From: Asterias rubens
Lineage: Eukaryota
Direction: 5' to 3'
Assembly (NCBI RefSeq): GCF_902459465.1
Contig: NC_047070.1
Location: forward strand, 18,600,001-18,664,000
Length of the DNA: 64,000 nucleotides
This document shows positions 12,166 to 24,290 of the stretch, piece by piece. Numbering within the stretch: the first letter of the stretch is position 1; each line of letters starts with the position of its first letter. The notes under the pieces were generated by a model. That model saw only the letters and a program-made list of their open reading frames with translations. It made no database searches and was not told the DNA's origin. A program made the translations under genes and the position numbers.

Positions 12166-12290
12166 CGTCCTTCGGATGGGACGCAAAGCCGTAGGTCCCG
12201 TGTGCTGTTATTAAAATTATTAATGCACGTAAAATACCACAGTACCTACTTATCGTCAAGAGAAGGGGTTCGCCACGGTGTGTGTGGCAG
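12166..12290 (+). mobile_element. SINE central domain of Deu type
   Basis: GTCCTTCGGATGGGACGCAAAGCCGTAGGTCCCG...AAGAGAAGGGGTTCGCCACGGTG resembles the Deu-domain core as I recall it from fish SINE3; not database-checked. Confidence 0.6.
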
Positions 12291-12660
12291 TGAATTTATG
12301 CTCAATCCTTGCAAGTACAGACTGAAAACAAATCCACAAGCGAGGTCCCGTCCGAGGTGGGATTCCAGACGAGACTAAAGAGCGATCTTCTCCGACATGT
12401 TAAATCAGGCTAGCACGTTAGTATAACCTATATGCAGTCCAAACGAATAAATTCACATGGAAAACTGATTGTGTAAAGTTTGAGCTTGCCCGCGCCCAAC
12501 TGCCATCTAGCCCAAATGGTGGCGGTCTCCCTAAGTTGTGATCATCTCTTATGGACGGTTCCAGTCAGAAGCCATACGTAGCTAAGAATAGTTTAGTTAA
12601 GGCCAAATGTTTGTACTATGGCAACTGTGCTTCTGTTTGTATCTCTATTAGCAAGCCCCT

Positions 12661-13021
12661 TTAAAGGGAAGGTACACGTTTGGTTATTGTTTTACTTTGT
12701 GTAACCCATCATAACCATAAATCAACAAGCCTGTGAAGATTTGGGCTTAATTGGTCATCGAAGTTGCGAGAAAATGATGAAAGAAAAACACCCTTGTAGG
12801 ACGAAATTGTGTGCTTTCAGATAAGAATAAAAGAGTTCTAGCCAGAAGTCTTTTATTATGTTAGTGAGAAATTACCTCTTTCTCAAAAACTACGTTACTT
12901 CATAGGGAGTCGTTACGCACAATGGTTTATACTACCAACAGCTCTCAAATGCTTGTTACCAAGTCAGTTTTTAAAGTAATATTTGTTTTGAGTAATAACC
13001 AAACGTGTACCTTCCCTTTAA
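12661..13021. mobile_element. Kolobok-like MITE family B, complete
   Basis: TTAA on both sides (12661-4, 13018-21); perfect 22-bp TIR AGGGAAGGTACACGTTTGGTTA; 5'-AG...CT-3' termini. Confidence 0.92.
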
Positions 13022-13042
13022 CCTTCATTTTTAAAACACTCT

Positions 13043-13196
13043 GCCAATGGGAGACTTTCTGGGACGATAGAGGGCAGCAGACTTACCGGGTAAATCCATT
13101 GTTCTCAGAATTATGCGCATGTTCAGAACTACGTAAACAATGGAAATTTACCCGGTATGTCTGCTGCCGCCTAGCGTTGGAAAGTCTCCTATTGCC
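13043..13196. mobile_element. Short palindromic MITE
   Basis: Imperfect inverted arms (GAGACTTTC...GGCAGCAGAC..ACCGGGTAAAT / ATTTACCCGGT..GTCTGCTGCC...GAAAGTCTC); half-copy at 59372-59418. Confidence 0.75.
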
Positions 13197-14975
13197 CAGA
13201 CAAGTTAATAAGCCAGCCCCTGAGCATCTATCCACATAATCACGGTATGAAGCCATCTTTGATCCTCAGCCCGGATTTCCAGTCCACATAACTCATTCAA
13301 ACTAGAAAGCAAACTTTATTAGCCAGAGCCTTGCCCTTATAGAGCAGAAGCTGTAATTCGTTTCACATATGCCGGTCTGCTTTGTAGTTTAGACGCAAGA
13401 CCAGGATGTAAAGCCAATTAACAGTAACAACCTTCATGTATCAAACATGTAGCATTGTTCATTTTCCAAGTACTGCTTCCTCAACGGATGGATATGGAAA
13501 AAAATAGAACATCGAGTGAATAATCTTTGGCCTCCACTCCTTGCTCATGTCTAAGAGATACTTGAAGCTATAATACACGATAGCAGTAGCTCCAGACCCA
13601 TACAGGCATCTTCAGGCAGCATTTTGTTTTGCACGCCATTAAACGAGACCCGTTTAAATGTGCTGCACAAAAAAGACCCACAGAAATACTCAGAAATCGG
13701 GTTACCGCCTCTCAGGCTGTGTCTTTTTAACCCAGTATTTCTGTACCTCCGGCTAGCAGACCATTTGCATATCTCACCGAGCAGGTTCTTTGTTTCATTC
13801 TATTTAATATAAATGGGTCCCGGATTTGAACTCATTTCCTCGCACATTGTATAGTTGTAGGGTGTTCTACATTTTTGTAAATGTCGTGTCCGCATTGTAC
13901 AGGTATTAATTTAAAGCCCGCGCGAACCTGGGGTGGGATTTTGAAGATCGTTCTATTCATTATCGTTATTTATCCACTTCCGACCGCTTCGGGCTGTCGA
14001 CTGGAGAATGTTCCCAACGTTGTGAACATTATCCAGTATTTTTTAACTGTGATTGCATGAGGTAACACACTATGTTGCCGAATGTTTGTTTGGTCCCCTT
14101 CTAACCATATCAATCATGACTAATGTTTGTCATTATTCTAACAAGGAGCCTGACTGTTTTTTTCCTTCCAGCCTCAGTTTGGTCACATTGATTTCAATGG
14201 CAGAAAAGCAAGATGGCCTTACCGTGATGAGGTTCTGTTGGAAGAATTGGTTCCAGCTCCGGTTATGGTTTTCGACTCTGATATCTGCTCCGGTTCCGGC
14301 TCAAGCATCTGTTTAGCTCTCGCTCCGGCAATGTTCTAGGCTTAGTCAATCCTTTTTAAACAATATGTACAAAACAATTACATTATGGATTAATTTTGTG
14401 GATGTAACCAGCAAAAGTTACCAAAAATGTTCACTGAAGGATAATCTTTCCCGATCATGGGTGGCTAACATTCCACACTTCTGATCTGAATTCAAAAATT
14501 TACTAATTGTTTTTCTGTCACGAGAGCTTTCACGGAATGTATCATAAAATGTCAGGTGTGACACGTGTGAAGTCTAAGGCCATAAAGGTCGACCTCGATC
14601 TATAACTCTGTATGTCTTCTATCTGTCAAGGACATTTCTATATTTGCAAATTTTCTATAAACCAAACAGACATCAGCCAGTGTTATTCTGAACAAGGTTA
14701 AACAATGCAGCTTCAGTCTTAAAACTGTCCAAGTCAAGATCATCTGTTATAATACAATACTTTATTAAAAGAACAGCCTAAAACCAACTTAGACTAATCA
14801 ATGGGGTTATGCTAGGAGGAAGCCTGTTTAACCCAAATTTGTCTTAGCTCGCTAGAATTATATTTAGGATGCGATAAATATTAATTTGTTTAAACAAAAT
14901 TATGGAAAATCATCGCATTCCTTAAAAATGATTTTATTTCATTTCAATTTCTATGGAATTCATTGGCTCATAATA

Positions 14976-14980
<5 letters not shown>

Positions 14981-15011
<31 letters not shown>
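14981..15011. repeat. (CAGA)n microsatellite
   Basis: About 8 tandem CAGA units. Confidence 0.95.
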
Positions 15012-15012
<1 letters not shown>

Positions 15013-16330
15013 GAGACATGAACAAAATCTAGAGTGAAAAAATGACACATGTTATATTACTTGTGTACAATCGCCTCAACTCTAGTCTCGTCCTATAGCA
15101 GCAACAAAATCGATGGCCGACTCTTGTTATTTCGTGTGACAAGAGGCAAGAGACGATGTTCTTTACGCAGCGAATCGAGTTGAATTGGGAGGAGAGGGAC
15201 GGAAGGGGGGGGGGTTGCGTTCCACGGAGCGTCAGTCGAGAGGCACGATGGTTTATTTACCGACGGATGCCAGCACTCCGGCTTTGTCGTTTCAGCTGGG
15301 CGAACTTTTTTCACCCCTTGTGCCGTCAACCACGCTGCAATTCCATTAAAAGCCAATTTACGTCTGGTGAAACAAAAATGACTGTAAGAAACGCAATCGG
15401 AGATGTGAGGTTTCAATAAAATGATTCAACTCGATAAATAATCGGAAAAATGTATGCAACCCAAATTCTTGTAATATCGTTTATGGCCTGAATAACAACG
15501 TCATAATAATAATAATTGTTTTACCGTTATTAAGTTATTGCATTATTTAGGGAGTATTCACCACGCCAGTAGTGTGGAAACGAATTTTGCTGGGTGTTGA
15601 GGTTGGGTGAAATGGGAATTGCTGAATGCATTTAATCTCCTAAAACTTCCTTGCTCCACTTCCCGAAGGAATAATTTAAGTTCCTGTATGAACTTTATAA
15701 GACTATTGTTTCAGATGAAGTGCATTTACTGGTTGCTAACATTTGTTTGTACAAATAATTTAAAAGTTTTCAGTCTGATAATTAATGCTACACAAAAATA
15801 AATAAAAAAAATAGATTCTAAACAAATAAAAAAACAGGACTCCAAAACCTAGAAAAAGTGGTGTACAACCACATGGGTTCATTCTCGCGTTTTGGTTCCG
15901 TAGGTTCATAAAAGACTCCATCAGCTATTCAAGCATACGTATACAATACAAACATAATGGGAAAAACACGACATTTAATAGGTAAATCCTCAGACGTGGT
16001 CCCACATTTTGGTTTTAAAGCACAGTTTTCAACGCAGCTTTTCGTTTCCGTAATTCAATCTTACGGTGGATAAAGCACGTATTTATCCACGTCATCATTA
16101 TTTACGTCAGAGCGAACCCGATGATTGGACGTCCGGAAAAACGCGGTCGAGTCGGGGTTTTGTTATTGCGATCAGGAACCACTTCAGAGGTAAATCAATA
16201 GCAGCCATATCCGACTGTTAAACGAAAAAAAGTTTGTGTTTTTCTCTGGGTTTCTGCATTTTGAGGCCTCGCATAGGCAGTTGGAATTATTTTTTTTACA
16301 GACATCTCGCATGAAGGAGCAAAACCCATT

Positions 16331-16648
16331 TTAAAGGCACTGAAAACCTTTGTCAATTTTCAAAGACCAGTATTCTCACTTTTGAAAAACCTTTGAAAAT
16401 TTGCGAGATAATGATGGAAGAAAAAAACACTTGTCGCACAAGTTATGTGCTTACAGATGTTTGATTTCGAGACGAGACCTTGCGCGTGAAGTGGAAAATC
16501 ATTTCTTTCTCAAAAACTACGTTACTTCAAAGGGAGCCGTTTCTCACAATTTGTTATACTATAAACAGCTCTCCATTGATCGTTAGCAAGTAATTTGTTA
16601 TGCTAACAATCGTTTTGAGTGATTACCAATAGTGTCCAGTGCCCTTAA
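16331..16648. mobile_element. Kolobok-like MITE family A, reverse, internally deleted
   Basis: TTAA at 16331-4 and 16645-8; TIRs recognisable; part of the body missing. Confidence 0.85.
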
Positions 16649-16842
16649 GAAAACTTGTACTTTTAAAGGCAACGACAGAACGCCTAGTTCGAAGCACTCT
16701 TTAGACACTTTGTATGACCCATCAGCAAGATAGCGTTGTCGTATTTGTTGCACACCGCGTAGGTTAATTCTCAAAGCACGTGCGTGTTGACATGACAAGA
16801 CACCCAACGCGCATTTTCTCTTAGTATAAAGCTCCAATTATC

Positions 16843-16892
16843 TTAAAGGGTCTGTGTACTTTTTTAGGACACAAAACACAAAACACAATGTC
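16843..16892. mobile_element. Isolated TTAA-AGGGTCTGTGTAC terminus, possible further Kolobok-like family
   Basis: TTAA + AGG start like the other families; no partner end found. Confidence 0.35.
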
Positions 16893-16894
16893 TA

Positions 16895-16938
16895 TTCTCC
16901 TGAAGACGAGCAGAGTGTACTGTTCGAAACGTCGAGAC
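16895..16938 (+). ncRNA. Minimal type I hammerhead ribozyme motif (Penelope-like)
   Basis: TCTC-CTGAAGA-C-GAGCAG(AGTGTA)CTGTTC-GAAAC-GTC-GAGA: core CUGANGA and GAAA, 6-bp stem II, 4-bp stem I, palindromic loopless stem III. Confidence 0.7.
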
Positions 16939-17379
16939 AAAACCGCCTCCTCTCGGAGCCAACACTATTGTATTCATGGTTGTATAAACAAGTTCACTGT
17001 TTATAGTAACGTCTTATTTCCAACACCAAGCACAGCTTCAAACACCACTTGACTTATAAACAATGTACAATTTGACTTGACTAAGACTAAATCAAAGCTT
17101 TGTCAAAAACATAGACTGACATAATCATATACCAAAGTCTGCCAGCCAGAAATTGTTTCAGCTTTTTTACATGATAGACCTTGTTCCATTTCCATCAAGC
17201 GACTCACGCCACTAGGACGAGATCTTTCAAGGACTGACGAACGCAATGAGCTGTGCACTTGCACATCTGGTAATAACCAACCATTTAAAGGAAAGGTCAT
17301 TGCGTTAATCGTTTCACCAATGAAAGTATTGTGCATCTTTGCATATGAAAATAACCCCGTATTCTTCTCTCTTATCCTT

Positions 17380-17774
17380 TTAAAGGAACACGTTGCCTTG
17401 GATCGGTCGAGTTGGTCTTTGAAAAGCGTTTTGTAACCGTTTGTTATAAAATGCATATGGTTGGAAAGATAGTGTAAAAGTAGAATACAATGATCTACAC
17501 AAATATGCCTCGAAATTGCGTGGTTTTCATTGTTGCTCGTCCAATAACACGGTCGGCCGGCCATTTATGGGAGTCAAAATTTTGACTCCCATAAATGGCC
17601 GACCGTGATAGTTCGCGACGTAAAAAGAAAACCGTACAGTTTTGAGTGATACCTGTGTGGATCATTATATTCTACTTTTAAAACATCTTTCTAACCATAT
17701 GCATTTCATAACAAACGGTTTTAAACGCTTTTTATAGACCAATTCGTCCGATCCAAGGCAACGTGTTCCTTTAA
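17380..17774. mobile_element. Kolobok-like MITE family C, complete, near-palindromic
   Basis: TTAA at 17380-3 and 17771-4; TIR AGGAACACGTTGCCTTGGATCGG; central 44-bp perfect palindrome; second copy at 63029. Confidence 0.92.
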
Positions 17775-18154
17775 AGAGAGTGGACGCTATTGGTAAATAC
17801 TAAAAATAAATATTAACATAAAACCTTACTTGGTGACGAGTATTAGGGAGAGGTTGATGGTATAAAACATTGTGAGAAACGGCTTCCTCTGAAATGACAG
17901 TTTTCGAAAAAGAATTAATTTTCCACGAATTTGATTTCGGGACCTCAGATTTAGAATTTGAAGTTTTGAAATAAAGCATCCGAAAGCACATAACTTCGTG
18001 TGACAAGGGTGTTTTTTTCTTTCATTATTATCTCGCAACTTCGACGACCGATGGAGCTCAAATTTTCACAGATTTAAAATTTTATGCATATGTTGAGATA
18101 CACCAACTGTGAAGGCTGGTCTTTGACAATTTCTAGTAGTGTCCATGTCTTTAA
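17771..18154. mobile_element. Kolobok-like MITE family A, full length
   Basis: Begins at the TTAA shared with family C; ends GTGTCCATGTCT-TTAA. Confidence 0.88.
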
Positions 18155-18803
18155 CTTTGTATTCTTGTCTCTTATTCTTTGAACAAGCAACATTGGACTT
18201 GAGGTTGTAAGTTCCAAATCAATTAAATGCATGCTTTTTAGTTCATCCGGTTAATTTCTCATGTCAAAGTTAAGCCGGCACACACTGTATTGTTTCTTTG
18301 GAGTATGAAACTAAATGAATTCGTGTGTTTTAAAGTTGATAAGTTTTGGACATGCGTTTTTGAAAACCACATTACATATAAATAAACTGTTACTTTGTCG
18401 ACAATCGTTGCGAAATTTGCACTACTACCGGCAAAGAAGTTTGCAAGCCGAACGCTATGATTGTGCGTAAACTTGTCAACAGTTTACTGCTTTAATCGAA
18501 ATGAATAACTTTTATTGAGTCACTAAATCTATAGTACATGTTTTTTGTATGATATAAACATTAAATGTGTATGTACTCCTTTTTCCTAGACAGTTCGACA
18601 TAATTTAGGGGCTTGGAAAAAATAGTTACGTTGGCCGTTTTTGCATGAGAGCCTTTAACATAAACGCAGAATGCTTGCCGTAGACACAATGTGGGAATGT
18701 ATGACGTGAATCCATTGCGGCTGTACTTCATGTGAGTTTGGCAAGATTAGGCGCCATACGTGTTGGTCGTTTACGAAGTCATGTTCGTTTGGGTTGGTAT
18801 TAA

Positions 18804-18958
18804 GCTCGGTTCATACTACTTACGAATGTGAAGCGAATTTGGCGTCATATCTCTTTTTCACAGAGAATATTCCGCAGGGGTTGAGGCAAACTCAACTGTT
18901 GCGAATTTATGACGTCAAAATTTGCGCGGCATTTGCCTTCGCATGAAGTATGAACACA
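18804..18958. mobile_element. Short MITE, possibly PIF/Harbinger-like
   Basis: Degenerate TIRs GTTCATACT..T.CGAA / TTCGCATGAAGTATGAAC; internal TGACGTCA. Confidence 0.55.
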
Positions 18959-19021
18959 ACACTGCACTGGGTATAGTGTATATCTCTCTCCAACATACAC
19001 AGACTTGAATCGCCAACGGAA

Positions 19022-19128
19022 AGAGTATTTTATTTATTTTATTTTTATTTTAATTCTCCGGACAAAAAAAAAGCAAAACAATAAAACAAGCACAGGCCGT
19101 CCAGGGAAGGGCAAAAGGTCCAAAAACT
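19022..19128 (-). mobile_element. Probable 3' end of a non-LTR element
   Basis: Minus strand: pyrimidine-rich UTR-like segment ending in an (AATAAA)-like A-rich tail. Confidence 0.35.
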
Positions 19129-19784
19129 GTCATCAAAAAAGATGTGCTCTCCCAGACCTAGCTCATAAAAAATACACTCTGATATGAGTCACAACAAATC
19201 GACACTCTCAGAAAAAAAAACTGTGGCAATCAAATTAACTTCCACATCGCACTTTTATCGCGAACGTCACATTAGAAGATACCGACGTCTTGATCAATCA
19301 AACTCTAGCGAGTAGCCGATTGGAAGAACACAGTTTATCAAGACAGAGTCCTTCGCGTTGCCTGCAGTGTCCAGGTCCGAAGATCAACTGTTAGGCTAAA
19401 CTCGGCTTGGGGTAAACACATTTTAATCTCAAAAATATAGAGCGCAGCGTGGAAGTGTGAGATAGTATGAAAACAACAGTGTTTAGTTTCAAGATTTGTC
19501 GCTCACCTTATCTTCCATGTCTTTGTAATAAAGTTACCCTGCAGTATGTCATAGGTATTGGGTAGATTATAGTAATTTTAAATCTAAATTTGGTTTATAT
19601 GTAACAATGATATAATGCTTCCTTCAACTGATAGACACTCTTACCAAGTATTTAGTGAATGAATATTCAAAGAATATAAAATAAGCATTCAATTATTACG
19701 AATAAATGCATATTGTTAGGTACAAGTCGGTAATTGCTAATTCCAGGATTCGAACCGACCTCTTGTCACTCGGCACTATTCTGG

Positions 19785-19890
19785 TTTGGGCATCTGCTCT
19801 AGATTGAAGAAAGTTGTGGGTTCGAATCCCATCCGAGTAATATAGGACGTGATTTGTTGCCACAGGGTTGGATAAGCACCGAGTTAAACA
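19785..19890 (+). mobile_element. tRNA-derived SINE (family 2) fragment
   Basis: CTGCTCTAGA...GTGGGTTCGAATCCCATCCGAGTAATAT, homologous to 4639-4812. Confidence 0.65.
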
Positions 19891-21261
19891 TCCGTAAATA
19901 TAAAGAGGATGTAATATGCTATAGTACTTGAACGTTGACGCACATAAATAAATAAGACCAACACAAATAATTATATTTTAATATAAATTCTCTAGAACCT
20001 GCACCGCCCGAGTTTGCTGATAATGTATATTAAGTTTTAGTTAGTTTTTAAAAACTTTGCAGGAAATTACTGGTTCAAGTTTCAAAATATATCAAACGCT
20101 TTTTTTTTTTTTTTTTTTTTCTTGTTGTGTCTTGTTCGGTAATTATATTTAGAAATTTTTAATAAGTCCATGGGAACAAAATATGACTCTCGTTTACGGC
20201 TACCGGTAATTTGAATGGCGATTATTTTTCTGTCGGGTTAAAATATGAGCAAAACAGCTTTCTAAGCCTGTTATCGGGGTCAGTACTTATACTGATTAAT
20301 TGCCAAAAGCATTAGTACTCGACAATATCAAGTGGACGAAATTTTGGTTAACAAATAAGCGTTTTGTTGTCATCATCATTAGAGTCGACATTTTACAAGT
20401 CAACTGTGACGGATAGAACTAATAATGATCGTTCAATTAAGCTAGCGAGGTTTACTGCTACCGCATGTTGCAGCGTATCACTATAGTCGGCTGGGCGGTC
20501 CAGTGGCTAAAAGGTTAATGATCATTCATATTTAAGATATCAGAGGATACTGGATGGACATTGGCCACACTCATAGTAAAAATAGCTAAAGTTTACATAA
20601 TACATGCATTTAAAAAGAGGGCACAGACATGCATATGTCTGTAGATAACACAGGATAACAATTTCGGTCTCAATTTGCATTGTCCAAACACAACGTTCAG
20701 TGAGGGACAATTATGGTTAATATTTGTTGCTCATTTTTCTTCAAAATGGACATTGTTCTCTCTATTAGTAGTAAACATATGCTAGTACATACTGGCTTGT
20801 TATTTGCAATAATAGAAATAGTAACACTGTATAGACCACACGAATCCACATGATGGAGCAACTCAAACAAACATCCAGCAGATGTTTAAAAGACTGTTTT
20901 GATGACTGGCCCGATTGAGATTCCTAGAACAACTAGCCGCTTGCTGTTGATATACTCCATGTTGACATAAGCAACTTACTGCATTTCATTCTCCCTTTAT
21001 GTTATTTGGTTTGTACGCAATAATTGAGGAATAATTGCAGAGTATGTTCTTGCCGAGTGTATCTTCTATCCCCCTAGCACACAGCTGAAACAAGTCTGCT
21101 TGATGCATGTCTATAAAGGAAACCAAGTTTATTGGTAAGAGTCAGTACAAGTCAGAATATTCGACGGCATCTTGCCATGTAAGGAGTTACTCGTCCCGGA
21201 GTGCTGAGATTTAATGAAGATCGAACAGAAAAATTGAATCTAACTTGCTAACTAGGTGCAC

Positions 21262-21534
21262 TTAAAGGCAGTGGATACTATTGGTAACTACTCAAAATAA
21301 TTATTAGCATTAAAACCTTACTTCGTAACGAGTAATTGGGGAGAGGTTGATAGTATAAAACATTGTGAGAAACGGCTCCCGGCTGAAGTGAAAAGTAGTT
21401 TTCGAGACATTTCGAGAACTCGGATTTAGATTTTGTGTTCTCGAAATCAAGCATCTGAAAGCTCACAACCTCGTGTGACAAGGGTGTTTTTTCTTTCATT
21501 ATTATCTCGCAACTTCAACGACCAATTGAGCTCA
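21262..21534. mobile_element. Kolobok-like MITE family A, right end truncated
   Basis: TTAA-AGGCAGTGGATACTATTGGTAA start and family-A body up to GAGCTCAC. Confidence 0.85.
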
Positions 21535-24159
21535 CTTGTAATTTTGTTTATAAGTACTCTAATCCCGAGGTGAACATTATAAACAACAAAATAAATCAGT
21601 CTACGTGCAACCCATTCTAAAATGAATTCCTTGTTATTATTGCCAAAACACATCAGTTTATAACATGCACAGTCTTTATTAAAACTAACAAATAGATCAG
21701 CGCTTTTATTTACGGAGCAGTCTGTCAAATAAAAATAATTTATATCTCCCGAAGAATAGTCTTTATTACTATACCTTCATTTTTTATTATTAATAAACAT
21801 CTAGGGTAGATATATGTTGATAATATTTGTCAATTTAGATTGCCTCCTGCGGGAATTAACTTCATCATATTAAATCATCTTAACAAAAGTCCACCTCGAG
21901 CGTCAGATATCAGCCGGTAAGAATAACATAACGTTCCCGTATCTGTTGCTGTCTATCATTGCTAAGAGGGGAGCCGAAGTACGGGACCTAGATCGAACCA
22001 CGCAGTGATGAAGCCCATGACTTGAAGGTAGTACAGGGGGAGCTTAATGAACCCTCACTTTCAGCAGTGGTCTAGTCTCCGCCTTAGAGTTTAATTTACT
22101 GGATTGCAAAAGGGTTAATCATTTTAATGAAGAGACGTTGGACTCGCTATTCTCTGCCAAGATACCCCGCAGCACTGCGAAGTGGTAGGCAAAAGGGTTG
22201 TTTAACCGGAGTCACTCTTTACTTGTACGGGGTCCCAACACCTAAATACCCACAGTCACTTTCCTGCTATTCATGGTCCTCGGGGTGAAAATTCTTAGCT
22301 AATTTCACCAACTCATGGACACTGAGAATGAGAATGGCGCAACCTTTTGCCCTCCCTTCATTATAGGTTGTTGTCGGAGGCGGCATCCCGACATGACGTG
22401 CTTCCCTCTTGATCGTTAGTTCTCACTCATCATTAATTGAGAAATATTTGACGTGTTGGTGTATTGACCGACTGGTCGATGCGTTCATATTATTACATTT
22501 TTTTCTGGACATACACAAAGAAAGGAACTACAGGAATGGATGGGTTTCCGACTTCACGAGGCCACTGATCCGAAATAATTGTGTGGGATCGGGCAGTCTC
22601 ACACGTTGTGTTCCGAGAAGAGACTGACGTCAAGATACCCGGCTGAGTGTTCCCAGTATTGATGTATTTTATGAAGTTGAAGTCAGGGAACCATACCTGT
22701 GTGGTGTTGACTAAATTTGTCTTGGAAAAGATCGACTTGGCATTGACAGATGAGAGACGGGCTTCTTGCATCAGTTGGCTTTTAATAACGTTATCGTCCC
22801 AACATTAAATTAGGGATGCGTCAAGCATTGGACATACTGGGTCATCAGGTGGTACAGTAAAGGTTATCCAACATCTCAAGGGCGACTGTGATTGGAATCG
22901 AACCCATGACCCTCTAAATATTAAAGAAGAAGTTTGAACCACATTGGCTAGAACATCAAGGCTGCTTGATGAGGCAATATTATTTGGTAACCATATGTGA
23001 CCCATACATAAAATTGATATTATCTGAACGTTTAAGTTCAATCTGTAATCAGAGTCATGAGAAAACACTGATGTTTTCAAACATCGAGTTTTGGACTAAC
23101 ATGATCACAACAAATTGTTTTACGCATTTCTCAAACCACATCATTTTGAGTACTGTATTTTTGAAGGAGTTTGCAGCAGCAAACCTTTTCTTTAATACAC
23201 TATGCAAGTTGTTTGCAAATCTTTCGTCATGTTAGACCTACATGGACATGATCAATCTAACCAATGGTGTGCCCTCCGAATTCCCCTATTGTCGAGATGT
23301 TTTAGGAAACAAAGTATGTACCTCATTTTTTGAACTAAGTTCTCAATGAAGGCACCCAAAAATATTTAAAAGAAAAAAAAGGGCAATTCCTAAACAAGAG
23401 ATGAACTAGCAACTGAGGGCTTTAGCTGCGACATTCCGGAGATTTCGCTGCCTGGGGTGACGTGCATTTATTAAATTTATCACGGGGCCGAGGAACTCTG
23501 TAGGCGCTTAGATTGCTGATACGCATTGGGAAAGTACCCTAGTTTAATAAGCTCACCAGATAATCTCGACTTATATGAAGGTATGGAGAAATCACGGCAG
23601 AGATGTCTTTAGACGCGGAAATATCGTTTTCATGCTGGCAAAATCCTTGCGATGGCTGGCCCGGAAAGCTGCCCTGAAAGGAGATTCTCAAATATCGAAA
23701 AGTCACAACTGTGTCAGATGGCACTTCCAATGGGTGTATTACGCTAAATAGTGAGAAGTACTGGCGCCAAGCCTCGTGAATAATGTGTACACATATAATT
23801 TTTTCTGTAAATCAACGATACGTATTGATCGCAGAGATGAATGTCAAATAGTGTTCCAATATGTGCCCTGCATGAGTTGGTTGAATGGGACATTGCAGGT
23901 GAACACTCGAGGAAATGAGCGTGTGCCCTATTTTCCATGTTAGGGACTGTTCAGTTTAGTCGATTAGGGTGTTTTAATTTGAATTGGTTATTATAGTGCG
24001 AAACTTTTACAGCATAACCTGACCAATATAAAACAGAAAAAACATGTTTATAGTTGTCAATTTTGGCTCTGGCTAAGGCACCGTCGGCCTGTTTGAAATC
24101 GCGCGATGAAAAGGGACGGAAAGGCCAAGCTATAGCCTAAGCCATATATTAATACATTG

Positions 24160-24290
24160 CCTTAACCAAAGCCAAAGCCGAAGCCTCGGTCGATGGCACA
24201 GCTGGAGCCTAGGCCGGAGCTTCAGCCGGAGCATAAACCTCAGCCTCAGCCAGAGCCTAAGCTGAAGTAAGCCGGAGCCTATTAAGCAGG
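24160..24290. repeat. Decayed hexamer (AAGCCR/GAGCCN) low-complexity repeat
   Basis: Tandem AAGCCA/AAGCCG/GAGCCT/CAGCCT units; the plus-strand PK/PE reading has stops. Confidence 0.7.

Noticed and set aside
14172-14339. Good acceptor followed by 55 codons (PQFGHIDFNGRKARWPY...)
   Set aside because: No linked upstream exon; the 3' half is decayed CCGGAG-type repeat; an antisense donor reading is equally possible.
17103-17564. 153-aa minus-strand ORF
   Set aside because: Its first 60 codons are MITE family C sequence; the rest has no recognisable domain.
19785-19845. tRNA genes at GGTTCGA sites (also 36405, 44096)
   Set aside because: No cloverleaf can be drawn; the first two are SINE heads.
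22004-22100. C/D snoRNA starting at GTGATGA
   Set aside because: No D box (CTGA) or terminal stem at a suitable distance.
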